Below are positions 53,694 through 62,606 of a stretch of 64,000 bases of DNA, one piece after another. The stretch is taken from assembly GCA_036946435.1 (NCBI GenBank), contig JAQIJE010000008.1, positions 19,715-83,714 of the forward strand. Direction: 5' to 3'. Source of the DNA: Microbacterium arborescens. Its GTDB lineage: Bacteria; Actinomycetota; Actinomycetes; Actinomycetales; Microbacteriaceae. Made by a program: the position numbers and the translations under genes. Position 1 is the first letter of the stretch; each line of letters opens with the position of its first letter. The notes under the pieces were generated by a model, which did not search any database, was not told the origin of the DNA, and saw nothing but the letters and a program-made list of their open reading frames with translations.

Positions 53694-55243
53694 AAGCTCC
53701 CCGTCGTCTGCTCATCGTCGGAGCCATGGTCGTCGCGGCCGCCGTCGCGCTGACCGGATGCGTGTACAACGCGATCCCCGATCGGGCCGAGCCCGCGCCC
53801 AGTCGCACCCCCGTGGTCGACGGGGTCTCGGCCGAGCTGCTGCCGTTCTACGGCCAGGAGTTGGACTGGCAGCAGTGCAACGGGGCGGACAGCGGCTCCT
53901 ACGACTGCACGACGGTGCGCGCCCCGCGCGACTGGGCGGACCCGTCCTCCGGTGAGATCGAGCTCGCGATCGTGCGGCGCGCCGCCGGTTCGGGCAACGC
54001 GATCGGCTCGCTGCTGGTGAACCCGGGAGGTCCCGGAGCGAGCGGGTACGACCTCATCGCCGACAGCGCGCAATTCGCGGTGGGCTCGACCCTCGCCTCC
54101 TCCTACGACGTCATCGGCTTCGACCCCCGCGGCGTGGGCCGTTCGACGGCCGTCGCCTGCTTCGACGCGGCCGGCACCGACGCCTACTTCTTCGGCATCC
54201 CCGCGGCCCCCCGTGGCACACCCGAGTGGGAAGCCGAGCTGAACACCCGCAACCAGGAGTTCGCCGCCGCGTGCGAGCAGAACAGCGGCGGCATCCTGCC
54301 CTACGTGACGACGCAGTTCGCGGCTCGCGACATGGACCTCATCCGCGCGGTGCTGGGGGACGAGAAGCTCAACTATCTCGGGTACTCCTACGGCACCTTC
54401 CTCGGCGCCACGTACGCCCAGCTCTACCCCGACCGTGTCGGCCGTCTCGTGCTCGACGGGGCGATCGACCCGAGTGTGCCCTCCCTCGACGTCAGCACGA
54501 CGCAGGCGGTCGGCTTCGAGTCGGCTCTGCGGGCGTTCATGGCCGACTGCCTCGAGACGCAGAACTGCCCGTTCCGCGGCACCGTCGACGAGGCGATGAG
54601 CGATCTCGGCACCCTGTTGGCGAGCGTCGACGCCGCGCCGCTCACCGCGACCGACGGGCGGCGTCTCGGGGCGGACTCCCTCCTGACCGCCGTCATCGCC
54701 GCGCTGTACTCGCAGGACAACTGGTCGATCCTCCGCCAGGCGATCGCCCAGGCGCTCACAGGTAACGCCGACACCGCCTTCCTGCTGGCGGACTTCTACT
54801 ACGGTCGCACCCGCGCGGGGCAGTACGAGAACAACTCCTCCGAGGCGTTCCGGGCCTACAACTGCATGGACTACCCCGACGATGTGTCCGACGAGGCCGA
54901 AGCCGCGTCGCGCGCACGACTCGCGGCGGAGGCGCCGACGGTCGCCCCGTACTGGGAGGGCGTCGACGCGTGCGCCGTGTGGCCTTACCCGCCGACCGGC
55001 ACCCGCGACGCCATCACCGCCGACGGTGCTGCCCCGATGATCGTCATCGGAACGACCAATGACCCCGCGACCCCGTACGAGTGGTCGGTGTCGCTGGCGC
55101 AGCAGCTGTCGTCCGGCGTGCTGATCACCCGCGAGGGCGAAGGGCACACGGGCTTCCTGAAGGGCAACGCGTGCGTCGACGCGGCGGTGGAGTCGTTCTT
55201 CGTCGACGGGACCGTGCCCGAGGACGGGCTCGTCTGCCGCTAG
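53690..55243 (+). CDS. TAP-like alpha/beta hydrolase lipoprotein (peptidase)
   Basis: Lipobox ALTGC, NPGGPGASG, FDPRGVGRS, GYSYGT, DPATPY, EGHT. Confidence 0.9.
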   Translation: MKAPRRLLIVGAMVVAAAVALTGCVYNAIPDRAEPAPSRTPVVDGVSAELLPFYGQELDWQQCNGADSGSYDCTTVRAPRDWADPSSGEIELAIVRRAAGSGNAIGSLLVNPGGPGASGYDLIADSAQFAVGSTLASSYDVIGFDPRGVGRSTAVACFDAAGTDAYFFGIPAAPRGTPEWEAELNTRNQEFAAACEQNSGGILPYVTTQFAARDMDLIRAVLGDEKLNYLGYSYGTFLGATYAQLYPDRVGRLVLDGAIDPSVPSLDVSTTQAVGFESALRAFMADCLETQNCPFRGTVDEAMSDLGTLLASVDAAPLTATDGRRLGADSLLTAVIAALYSQDNWSILRQAIAQALTGNADTAFLLADFYYGRTRAGQYENNSSEAFRAYNCMDYPDDVSDEAEAASRARLAAEAPTVAPYWEGVDACAVWPYPPTGTRDAITADGAAPMIVIGTTNDPATPYEWSVSLAQQLSSGVLITREGEGHTGFLKGNACVDAAVESFFVDGTVPEDGLVCR

Positions 55244-55249
55244 CCCCCT

Positions 55250-55398
55250 CGAGGTCCCAGTTCGGCCGGGAATGGCGCCGCCATACCCGGCCCAAGTGGG
55301 ACCTCGCCACGGGGGCGGTCGCAGTGACACCGTGCGTCGCCTCAGGTCCCAGTTCGGCCGGGAATGGCGCCGCCATATCGAGCCCCAGTGGGACCTCG
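55250..55398. repeat. Two tandem ~57-bp palindromic repeats (REP-like)
   Basis: CGAGGTCCCAGTTCGGCCGGGAATGGCGCCGCCATACCCGGCCCAAGTGGGACCTCG at 55250-55306 and a variant at 55343-55398, with a 36-nt spacer. Confidence 0.9.
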
Positions 55399-55405
55399 GC
55401 GGCGC

Positions 55406-56212
55406 TCAGGACGGGCGCGGCAGGGCCCGGAACATCTCGACCGCTGCTCGCACTCCCGGAGGTGAGACGTCGAGGGCGTCGAGAGCTGCGGCGACCCGGA
55501 CATCGAAGTCTGCAGGCGCGGACGCGAGGCGTGGGACGCCCGCCACGATGCCCTTCTCGTTGACGGCCCAGGCTCCGGCGTGTGCATGCCACGCGTACGC
55601 CAGCCGCACGGCTGCGTGACTCAGGCAGAGGCCGACGTAGGTGATGTCGCCGCGATCGGCCACCTTCGCGGCACCGTTCACGAGGAAATCGACCTGCCAG
55701 AGGTCGTCGAGGAAGGCTCGTCGCAGCGGCTCGGGGTATGGGGTGAGGGCGGCGGTGTTGTCGCGCAGGAATCCCGCATCGTCGACCAGGGGCTTCGCGA
55801 GGGCGACCTCACCGGCGTACGCGACATCCAGAAACCCGAGAGGATGCCCCGGCTGCGTGTGGAAGGCGAATTCGCCGCGACGTGCCCTCGCGACCTGAGC
55901 TCGAACGCGGTCGACGTCGCGGATGATGACGTCCACGGGCGTGTCGGCGATCGTCGTCCAGGCGCCGCTGTCCACCCAGGGCCCCCAGCTCCCGGCCGGG
56001 CCGACGTCGACCGGCGTCGTCGCCCAGCGCGACACCGACGCTGAGAGGGCGGTGCGGTCGAAGTTCCGCCCGTCGACGTAGACGCCGAGATCGACGTCCG
56101 AGTCGGCGGCATGCGTGCCGCGCGCGCGGCTGCCTCCGAGCGCCACTGCGACCACGCCCCGCGTCGCTGCGAGATCGCGCGCGATCCGAACCAGATCGGC
56201 ATCCGAGAGCAT
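55406..56212 (-). CDS. Pol-beta-family nucleotidyltransferase (DUF4037-like C-terminus)
   Basis: VALGGSRARG..DSDVDL (GS..DxD), WGPWVDSGAW, VDVIIRD, NEKG; TAGCCT -10 before the ATG. Confidence 0.85.
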   Translation of the reverse strand: MLSDADLVRIARDLAATRGVVAVALGGSRARGTHAADSDVDLGVYVDGRNFDRTALSASVSRWATTPVDVGPAGSWGPWVDSGAWTTIADTPVDVIIRDVDRVRAQVARARRGEFAFHTQPGHPLGFLDVAYAGEVALAKPLVDDAGFLRDNTAALTPYPEPLRRAFLDDLWQVDFLVNGAAKVADRGDITYVGLCLSHAAVRLAYAWHAHAGAWAVNEKGIVAGVPRLASAPADFDVRVAAALDALDVSPPGVRAAVEMFRALPRPS

Positions 56213-56233
56213 GTCGCCAGGCTAGTGCCCGCC

Positions 56234-56326
56234 GCCGAGGTCCCACTTCGGCCGGGAATGACGCCGCCAGAACCGGCCCAAGTGGGACCTCGGCAGGGAG
56301 CACACCGGCCCGAGTGGGACCTCGGC
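56234..56326. repeat. Third palindromic repeat plus a half copy
   Basis: GCCGAGGTCCCACTTCGGCCGGGAATG..CCGGCCCAAGTGGGACCTCGGC, then ACCGGCCCGAGTGGGACCTCGGC. Confidence 0.9.
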
Positions 56327-56341
56327 GGGGGAGGCGGAGGG

Positions 56342-57001
56342 TCAGCGGCGCAGGATGCGGCGTGCGAGGGCGTTCCCGAAGAACTGCACGCCCTGCACGA
56401 TGAGGATGATGATGATCACGGCGGCCCACGTGACCCACGGGTTGAACTGCCGGAAGCCGTTCACGAGGGCGAACTGACCCAGCCCGCCGGCGGCGATCGC
56501 GCCGGCGACGGCGGTCATGTCCACGAGCGCGACGACGATGAAGGTGTAGCCGAGCACGAGGGGTCCGAGCGATTCGCGGGGGACGAGCCGGAACAGGATG
56601 CGCGAACGGCTCGCGCCCGCGGCGCGGGCCGCCTCGATGATCCCGGGGCGCACGGTCAGGAGGTTCTGCTCGACGATCCGCCCGATCGCGAACATCGACG
56701 CGATCGAGATCGCGAAGACGGCGAACTCGATGCCGATCCCGCGGATGCTGAACGCCCGGGCGAGCGGCTGCACGGCGGCCATGAAGATGATGAAGGGGAT
56801 CGGGCGGAAGGTGTTGACGATGACGTTGACGATGCCGAACACGACGCGGTTGGGAAAGAGACTGCCGGCGCGTGTCGCGTACAGCGCGAGCCCGATGAGG
56901 AAGCCCGCGAGGCCGCCGAACACGAGGCTCAGCGTGATCATGTAGAGCGTCTCGGCCGTCGCCGGCCAGAGGTCGGGGAGCAGGTCGATGAGCCTATCCA
57001 C
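56342..57001 (-). CDS. metI: Methionine ABC transporter permease
   Basis: ETLYM, VNTFRPIPFII, IEAARAAGAS, AVAGAIAAGGLG. Confidence 0.93.
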   Translation of the reverse strand: MDRLIDLLPDLWPATAETLYMITLSLVFGGLAGFLIGLALYATRAGSLFPNRVVFGIVNVIVNTFRPIPFIIFMAAVQPLARAFSIRGIGIEFAVFAISIASMFAIGRIVEQNLLTVRPGIIEAARAAGASRSRILFRLVPRESLGPLVLGYTFIVVALVDMTAVAGAIAAGGLGQFALVNGFRQFNPWVTWAAVIIIILIVQGVQFFGNALARRILRR

Positions 57002-58031
57002 GGGAGTCCTCCTCGATCAGGGGTGCGTGGGCGGATGCCGCGGCGATCGCACGCCCCACGGCATCCGTGTCGCCCGAGAGCGCGAGCGTCAGATGCCCGA
57101 AGACGCGTCCGCGGATGTCGTTGATGCCGCCGTGGATGAGCTCGAACCGCACCCCGTGCGAGGACAGGGCCGAGAACACGTCGGCCTGGGTCGACTCTTC
57201 CTCGCGGATCGTGAACGTGACGATCCGCCCGGGGTGCCGCGCGCGGAGCGCTGCGAGCTTGTCGCCCGTGGGCACCTCGTCGATGATGCTCGCGACGAAC
57301 CGGCGCGTCGCCCGGTGCTGCGGGGCGGAGAGCACGTCGAACACCTCGCCGCTCTCGATGATGCGGCCGTGCTCCATGACCACGACGCGGTCGGCGATCG
57401 AGCGCACGACCTCCATCTCGTGGGTGATGACGAGGATCGTGACCCCCAGCTCGGTGTTGACGCGTTTGAGCAGCGCGAGCACCTCGTGCGTCGTGTCGGG
57501 GTCGAGCGCGCTTGTCGCCTCGTCGGCGAGCAGGATGCGGGGGCTCGTCGCGAGGGCGCGGGCGATGCCGACGCGCTGACGCTGCCCGCCGGAGAGCTGC
57601 TCCGGATAGTTCTTCGCCTTGCCCGACAGCCCGACGAACTCGAGGAGCTCGGTCACGCGGGCGGAGATCTCGGCGCGCGGGCGTCCGGCGACCTCGAGCG
57701 GGTAGGCGACATTGCCCGCGACCGTGCGCGAGTCGAAGAGGTTGAACTGCTGGAAGATCATGCCGATGTCGCCGCGCAGCGCGCGCAGCTGCCGTTCGCG
57801 GAACCGGGTGATGTCCTGGCCGTCGATCTCGACGGTGCCGCTCGTGGGGGTCTCGAGGGCGTTGACGAGCCGCAGCACGGTGCTCTTGCCCGCACCCGAA
57901 TAGCCGACGATGCCGCAGACGGTCCCGGCGGCGATCTCGAGGTCGACGTCGTCGACGGCGACCACCGGCTCACCGCCCTTCGTGGACGGGGGGAAGCGTT
58001 TGGTCACGCCGGACAGGCGGATGAGGGTCAT
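56994..58031 (-). CDS. metN: Methionine ABC transporter ATPase
   Basis: GYSGAGKST, LSGGQRQRVGIARALA, DEATSALDP, C-terminal NIL-like domain. Confidence 0.94.
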   Translation of the reverse strand: MTLIRLSGVTKRFPPSTKGGEPVVAVDDVDLEIAAGTVCGIVGYSGAGKSTVLRLVNALETPTSGTVEIDGQDITRFRERQLRALRGDIGMIFQQFNLFDSRTVAGNVAYPLEVAGRPRAEISARVTELLEFVGLSGKAKNYPEQLSGGQRQRVGIARALATSPRILLADEATSALDPDTTHEVLALLKRVNTELGVTILVITHEMEVVRSIADRVVVMEHGRIIESGEVFDVLSAPQHRATRRFVASIIDEVPTGDKLAALRARHPGRIVTFTIREEESTQADVFSALSSHGVRFELIHGGINDIRGRVFGHLTLALSGDTDAVGRAIAAASAHAPLIEEDSRG

Positions 58032-58054
58032 GCTGTGCTCCTCTCACGGACACG

Positions 58055-58089
58055 CGTGTGCGGCCCGTCCGGAGAACGGGCCGCACACG
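58055..58089 (-). terminator. Intercistronic hairpin after metQ
   Basis: 14-bp stem CGTGTGCGGCCCGT / ACGGGCCGCACACG; likely stabilises or partly terminates the metQ mRNA. Confidence 0.65.
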
Positions 58090-58096
58090 AATGATG

Positions 58097-58978
58097 TCAC
58101 TGCCGGGCGCGGATCTCGTCCTCGACCTGCTTGAGCGCCGCCGCGAGCTCGTCCTTGGGTGTCTTGACGAGCACCGCGGATCCGCCCGACGCCTCCTGCA
58201 GGCCGTCGGTGACCGCCTGGGTGTCCTGGAAGATCTCGACGAGCTTCTGGTAGGTCGGGTTGTCGGCGTCCTCGGCCTTGGCGGCGAAGATGTTGATGTA
58301 GGGCTGAGCGCTCGGATCGCTGGGGTCGTCGGTCGCGATCGCGTCGTCGAACTTCAGTCCGGCGTCCTCGACGAAGTCGTTGTTGATGATGGCGGCGGCG
58401 ACATCGGGCAGCGACGTGGCGGTGAGGGCCGCGTCGAGGGCCTCGACCGTGACTTTCGAGCCGGGCTCGACGTCGGCGACGGTGGAGAAGACCGAGCCGC
58501 CCTCCTTGAGCTCGATGAGGCCCTGCGCCTGCAGGACGAGCAGGCCGCGGGCCTGGTTGCTCTCGTCGTTGGGAACGGCCACGGTGGAGCCCGCGGGGAT
58601 GTCGGCGACGGAGTCGTACTGCGTGGAGTACAGGCCCAGCGGGTAGGTCGCGGTGGAGCCGATGGCGACGAGGTCGTCGCCCGCCTTCACGTTGTAGGTC
58701 GCGAGGTAGATGACGTGCTGGAACTGGTTCAGGTCGAGCTCGCCGGCCGACAGCGCCGGGTTGGGCTGCGTGTACTCGGTGAAGTCGACGATGTCGACGT
58801 CGATGCCCTCAGCGGCCGCAGCCTCCTTGTAGGTCGACCAGTAGGGGTCGCCGGCGCCGACGACGCCGATGCGGACGGGGGCGTCGCTGCCGCCGTCGCC
58901 TGCGTTCGACGCGCACGCGCCGAGCAGGAGGGTCAGGGGGAGGGCCAGGGCGGCCGCGGTCAGAAGTCGCTTGGACAT
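58097..58978 (-). CDS. metQ: MetQ/NlpA substrate-binding lipoprotein
   Basis: Lipobox LLGAC, FTEYTQPNPAL, NQFQH, PNDESNQARGL, PYINI. Confidence 0.93.
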   Translation of the reverse strand: MSKRLLTAAALALPLTLLLGACASNAGDGGSDAPVRIGVVGAGDPYWSTYKEAAAAEGIDVDIVDFTEYTQPNPALSAGELDLNQFQHVIYLATYNVKAGDDLVAIGSTATYPLGLYSTQYDSVADIPAGSTVAVPNDESNQARGLLVLQAQGLIELKEGGSVFSTVADVEPGSKVTVEALDAALTATSLPDVAAAIINNDFVEDAGLKFDDAIATDDPSDPSAQPYINIFAAKAEDADNPTYQKLVEIFQDTQAVTDGLQEASGGSAVLVKTPKDELAAALKQVEDEIRARQ

Positions 58979-59210
58979 GAGTGGTGCTCCTCGGATCGGG
59001 CACCGCGGGGCGGTGGCCCGCCCGTGCGCGACCGGAGTCGCGCTCGCCTCGTCGCGGTGCAGATCCGACGGTAGGCGCACCGTCGGGGGCGCCGGTAATC
59101 GATGCGTAACACGGGGACTCTGCGGTAGGGGATCCGCCGTCGGTGGTGTGGTTCGCGGGGGCCGCTCGAACCATGTAAGATTGTGGATCGTGCATCGCAC
59201 AGCGACGCGC

Positions 59211-59286
59211 GCCGCCTTAGCTCAGACGGCAGAGCGATTCACTCGTAATGAATAGGTCAAGGGTTCGATTCCCTTAGGCGGCTCCA
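59211..59286 (+). tRNA. tRNA-Thr(CGT)
   Basis: GCCGCCT acceptor stem, anticodon arm ATTCA-CTCGTAA-TGAAT, GGTTCGATTCC T-arm, CCA end. Confidence 0.97.
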
Positions 59287-59289
59287 CCA

Positions 59290-59324
59290 CGAAGGCCCGG
59301 ACTCCTCTCGAGTCCGGGCCTTCG
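59290..59324 (+). terminator. Hairpin after tRNA-Thr
   Basis: 15-bp stem CGAAGGCCCGGACTC / GAGTCCGGGCCTTCG. Confidence 0.75.
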
Positions 59325-59350
59325 CCGCATCCCGGCGGGTGCCACGCAGA

Positions 59351-59388
59351 ACGAGAGCCCCGACCGGCGGACCGGACGGGGCTCTCGT
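59351..59388 (-). terminator. Hairpin ending the oxidoreductase operon
   Basis: ACGAGAGCCCCG / CGGGGCTCTCGT stem. Confidence 0.65.
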
Positions 59389-59414
59389 GGTGCGGGCGCG
59401 CAGTCGCGCCGTGG

Positions 59415-60542
59415 TTACAGCGTGGCGACGAAGGGGTCGAAGTCGACCGCGACGGCGGGGACGGGGTCGACGGTGCTCTCCACCGCGACGAACTCGCCGG
59501 ATGCCGCGGACTCCTGCGCCGACAGCATGATGTCGAGCACGTGGTATCCGAGGGCGCCGCTGGCGATGTGCGGGCGGTCCGCGGCGATTGCGCGGACCAT
59601 GTCGAGCAGGCCGAGACCGCGCCCGCTGAGCGCGCCTTCCTGCTCGATCTCGATCCACTCCTGCTCGCCCCAGTTGCCGTCCGAGAGCGACGTGCGCGCC
59701 TTGACGTATGCGATCCGTCCCTGGAACTGGTTCGGGTCGGGGATGACGATCGATCCTTCGGTGCCGTGGACCTCGAAGACGCCGTGACGCTCGAGCGCCG
59801 AGTCGAAGCTCAGCAGGCTCGCCGCCTGCTGTCCCGCCTCGAACGCCGTGAGCACCTGGATGGTCGTCGGCACCTCGACGGGGAACACCGTGCCGGCGTT
59901 CGGGCCGGCCTGGATGGTGCGCTCCTCGAGCTTCTTGCGACCGGCCGCCGCGACCCGCGCGACGGGGCCGAAGAGGCTGACGAGCCCGCTGAAGTAGTAC
60001 GGGCCCATGTCGAGCAGCGGGCCGGCGCCCTGGGCGAACAGGAACGCGGGGCTCGGGTGCCAGAGGTCCGGTCCGATCGTCTGGAACGTCGTCGAGGCGA
60101 ACATCGGCTCGCCGATGACACCGCTCTGGATCGCGCGCTTGGCGGTCTGGAAGCCGGGGCCGAGCAGCGTGTCGGGAGCGGATCCGATGCGCAGTCCGGC
60201 CGCCTCGGCCTGGCGCAGCAGCTCGCCGGTGCTCTCGCGGTCGAGGCCCAGGGGCTTCTCGGTCCACACGTGCTTGCCGGCAACGATCGCGCGCGACGAG
60301 ATCTCGACGTGGGCGGCCGGGATCGTGAGGTTGACGACGACGTCGACATCCGGGTGGGCCAGGACGTCGTCCGTCGTGCCCCACTCGGCCACACCGTGCT
60401 TCTCGGCCTGGGCCTTCGCACGGTCGACGTCGAGGTCGCCGAGGATCACGACGCGGACGTCGGGGAACGAGTTCAGGTTCTCGAGGTAGGTGTCGCTGAT
60501 GACACCGACGCCGACGAACCCGACGCCGACGGGGCCGGTCAT
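59415..60542 (-). CDS. Gfo/Idh/MocA family oxidoreductase
   Basis: GFVGVGVIS, NLTIPAAH, GKHVWTEKP, APDTLLG, GAGPLLDMGPYY. Confidence 0.92.
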   Translation of the reverse strand: MTGPVGVGFVGVGVISDTYLENLNSFPDVRVVILGDLDVDRAKAQAEKHGVAEWGTTDDVLAHPDVDVVVNLTIPAAHVEISSRAIVAGKHVWTEKPLGLDRESTGELLRQAEAAGLRIGSAPDTLLGPGFQTAKRAIQSGVIGEPMFASTTFQTIGPDLWHPSPAFLFAQGAGPLLDMGPYYFSGLVSLFGPVARVAAAGRKKLEERTIQAGPNAGTVFPVEVPTTIQVLTAFEAGQQAASLLSFDSALERHGVFEVHGTEGSIVIPDPNQFQGRIAYVKARTSLSDGNWGEQEWIEIEQEGALSGRGLGLLDMVRAIAADRPHIASGALGYHVLDIMLSAQESAASGEFVAVESTVDPVPAVAVDFDPFVATL

Positions 60543-61363
60543 GCGCTGACGCCGTTCTCGCGGAGGAACGCCAGGCTGGCGGCGACGTCGGCGAAGACGT
60601 CACCGGGGGCCTTGTCGTACTCGACGACGGCGTACTTCAGCGCCGTCGCCGCGCGCAGCGACTCGGCGAGGGGAACCTCGCCGGTGCCGGCGTGACGCTG
60701 GTCGAGGCTGTCCGAGCCGAACTTCTCGGCGCCGGGGCCCCACGGGTTGCTCGTCGGCACGACGCCGTCCTTGACGTGGACGGCGATGAGGCGGTCGCCC
60801 AGGCTCTTCACGAGCGCCGGGACGTCCTGGCCGCCGGTGAGGGCCCAGAACAGGTCGAGCTCGAGCGTCACCCGCTCGTCGAGCAGCGAGACGAAGCGCT
60901 CGTAGGCGCTCTGACCGTCGAAGGATGCGACGAACTCCTGCGCGTGGTTGTGGTAGCCGACGCTCAGGCCGAAGCCGGCCGCCGTCTCGGCCGCCGCGTT
61001 GAGGCGCTCGGCGACATCCGCGACACCCTCTTCGGTGAGCCAGCGCTCGGGCGAGACGAACGGGTCGATGACGGTCGTCATGCCGATCTGTGCCGCGGCC
61101 TCGAAGACGACCTCGGGTGCGGGCGTGGGGATCGAGCCGTCCGGCGTCCACAGCTCGTCGGAGAGGAGCGGGGCGTGGCCGGTGGGGGAGGCGAGCCCGG
61201 CTGCGTCGAGCGCGGCGCGGATCTCGGCCGGGCGCGAGACGAAGTCGAACGCCTCGACGTTGGTGAATCCGATCTCGGCGAGCTTCGCCAGCGAGCCGGA
61301 CATGTCGGCGGAGAACTCCTTCGCAAGCGAATAGAGCTGGACGGATGCCTGGACCTGAGTCAC
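60539..61363 (-). CDS. Sugar phosphate isomerase/epimerase (xylose isomerase-like TIM barrel)
   Basis: SVQLYS, GF..VE, GYHNHAQE, LELDLFW, VHVKD, VVEYD; GTG start after an AGAAGG SD. Confidence 0.88.
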   Translation of the reverse strand: MTQVQASVQLYSLAKEFSADMSGSLAKLAEIGFTNVEAFDFVSRPAEIRAALDAAGLASPTGHAPLLSDELWTPDGSIPTPAPEVVFEAAAQIGMTTVIDPFVSPERWLTEEGVADVAERLNAAAETAAGFGLSVGYHNHAQEFVASFDGQSAYERFVSLLDERVTLELDLFWALTGGQDVPALVKSLGDRLIAVHVKDGVVPTSNPWGPGAEKFGSDSLDQRHAGTGEVPLAESLRAATALKYAVVEYDKAPGDVFADVAASLAFLRENGVSA

Positions 61364-61421
61364 AGTCGACCTTCTTTCGTACGTCATCGTGCGGTGGTGC
61401 CTGTAGCGGCACCTCGTCACG

Positions 61422-61457
61422 CTAACACGTAATACATCCATGTGGAGGTTTTGTTAG
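61422..61457. promoter_or_regulatory. Putative TetR operator in the divergent promoter region
   Basis: AT-rich imperfect palindrome AATACATCCA-TG-TGGAGGTTTT flanked by CTAACA/TGTTAG. Confidence 0.55.
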
Positions 61458-61466
61458 AGTCGCGCT

Positions 61467-62069
61467 GTGAGCAAGGACGATCGCGCGGGCATGGGCCGCC
61501 CCGGGGCATACGCCAAGGGTGTGGCGCGCCGACGCGAGATCCTCGACCGGGCGATCGAAGTCTTCCAGGAACGCGGGCTCCAGGGCACCTCGCTGCGTCG
61601 GATCGCCGAGGCGATCGGCGTCTCGCACGCCGCACTCCTGCACTACTTCGAGTCTCGTGAGCAGCTGCTCGTGGCCGTCTACGAGCATGCCGAGACCCAG
61701 CGAGGCGTGCGCAACCCCGTTCCTCCCGAGACCGCGGTCGGCGTGATGACCCGCGCCGCGGTCGACAACGCCGACGTGCCGGGGCTCGTCGAGCTCTACT
61801 CGACGCTGGTCGCGGGTGCGCTCGAGGCGGGCAGCGAGCACGGCAAGCGGTTCTTCACCGCCCGGTTCGATCGCATCCGTCGCGAGCTCACGGCTCGACT
61901 GCGGGAAGAGCAGCGCGCCGGCGCCGTCCGCGACGACGTCTCGGCCGAACAGCTCGCGGCTCTCCTCGTCGCCGCCTCGGACGGCCTGCAGATCCAGTGG
62001 CTGCTCGATCCGTCGATCGAGCTCGAACGGACGCTCGCCTCGCTCAGCGTCCTGCTCCGTCCCGCGTGA
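61467..62069 (+). CDS. TetR/AcrR family regulator
   Basis: YAKG..RRREIL, TSLRRIAEAIGVSHAALLHYF, DGLQIQWL. Confidence 0.92.
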   Translation: MSKDDRAGMGRPGAYAKGVARRREILDRAIEVFQERGLQGTSLRRIAEAIGVSHAALLHYFESREQLLVAVYEHAETQRGVRNPVPPETAVGVMTRAAVDNADVPGLVELYSTLVAGALEAGSEHGKRFFTARFDRIRRELTARLREEQRAGAVRDDVSAEQLAALLVAASDGLQIQWLLDPSIELERTLASLSVLLRPA

Positions 62070-62101
62070 GCAGCGGCGGCGCGTGGGCTCATACTGAAGA
62101 C

Positions 62102-62143
62102 ATGACGCGCACGATCCGGCTCTCCCTCGTTCGCCGCTCGTGA
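62102..62143 (+). CDS. Putative leaderless micro-ORF (MTRTIRLSLVRRS)
   Basis: CATACT -10 lies 6 nt before the ATG; its TGA overlaps the GTG of the next gene. Confidence 0.4.
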   Translation: MTRTIRLSLVRRS

Positions 62144-62535
62144 GCTCCATGCTCGACGCCGTCCTGGAAGTGTTCGGCTGGGCCGGATTCGGGGGAGCGG
62201 TCGCGTTCGGTCTCGCGCTGGCCGCGCTGTGGGCGAGCGACGGGACCTGGCTGCCGGCCGACGGGTTCGTCGATCACGAGACGGACGGCACCTGGGTGCG
62301 CTGGTTCGATCACGACGGCGCAGCCAACAGCGCACGTGTGGACGGGCATGTCGCGGCTGAGCTCGCCGGGCGCGACCGGGTCGAGCTCTGGTATCGCCGG
62401 GGCTGGGAGGGGCGGATGCGGTTGACGCGCCGACCGCCGATGCATCGACTGCTCGTGGGCCTGACGGGCGGTCTCTTCGCGGTCGGGGCGGCATCCGTCG
62501 TGGCGTCGTGGGTGCTTCTCTTCGCGCGCGGCTGA
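62140..62535 (+). CDS. Hypothetical membrane protein (DUF3592-like)
   Basis: TM - beta-rich loop - TM layout; alternative start at ATG 62149. Confidence 0.7.
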   Translation: MSSMLDAVLEVFGWAGFGGAVAFGLALAALWASDGTWLPADGFVDHETDGTWVRWFDHDGAANSARVDGHVAAELAGRDRVELWYRRGWEGRMRLTRRPPMHRLLVGLTGGLFAVGAASVVASWVLLFARG

Positions 62536-62575
62536 GGCGGTGTCGTCGCCTTTCCGGGCGAGCAGCAGTGGCGTT

Positions 62576-62606
62576 CACGTAGGTAGCTAGATAAGCTACC
62601 TACGTG
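62576..62606. promoter_or_regulatory. Palindromic operator covering the -10 and start codon of the MMPL gene
   Basis: CACGTAGGTAGCT-AGATA-AGCTACCTACGTG, 13-bp perfect arms; TAAGCT at 62592-62597. Confidence 0.75.

Noticed and set aside
55250-56326. CRISPR array or integron attC sites
   Set aside because: Units are ~57 bp and only 2 + 1.5 copies with a gene between them. There are no cas genes or integrase, and no RYYYAAC/GTTRRRY attC cores.
58979-59210. SAM-I/SAM-IV riboswitch before metQ
   Set aside because: I could not find the conserved core motifs by eye; a covariance search is still needed.
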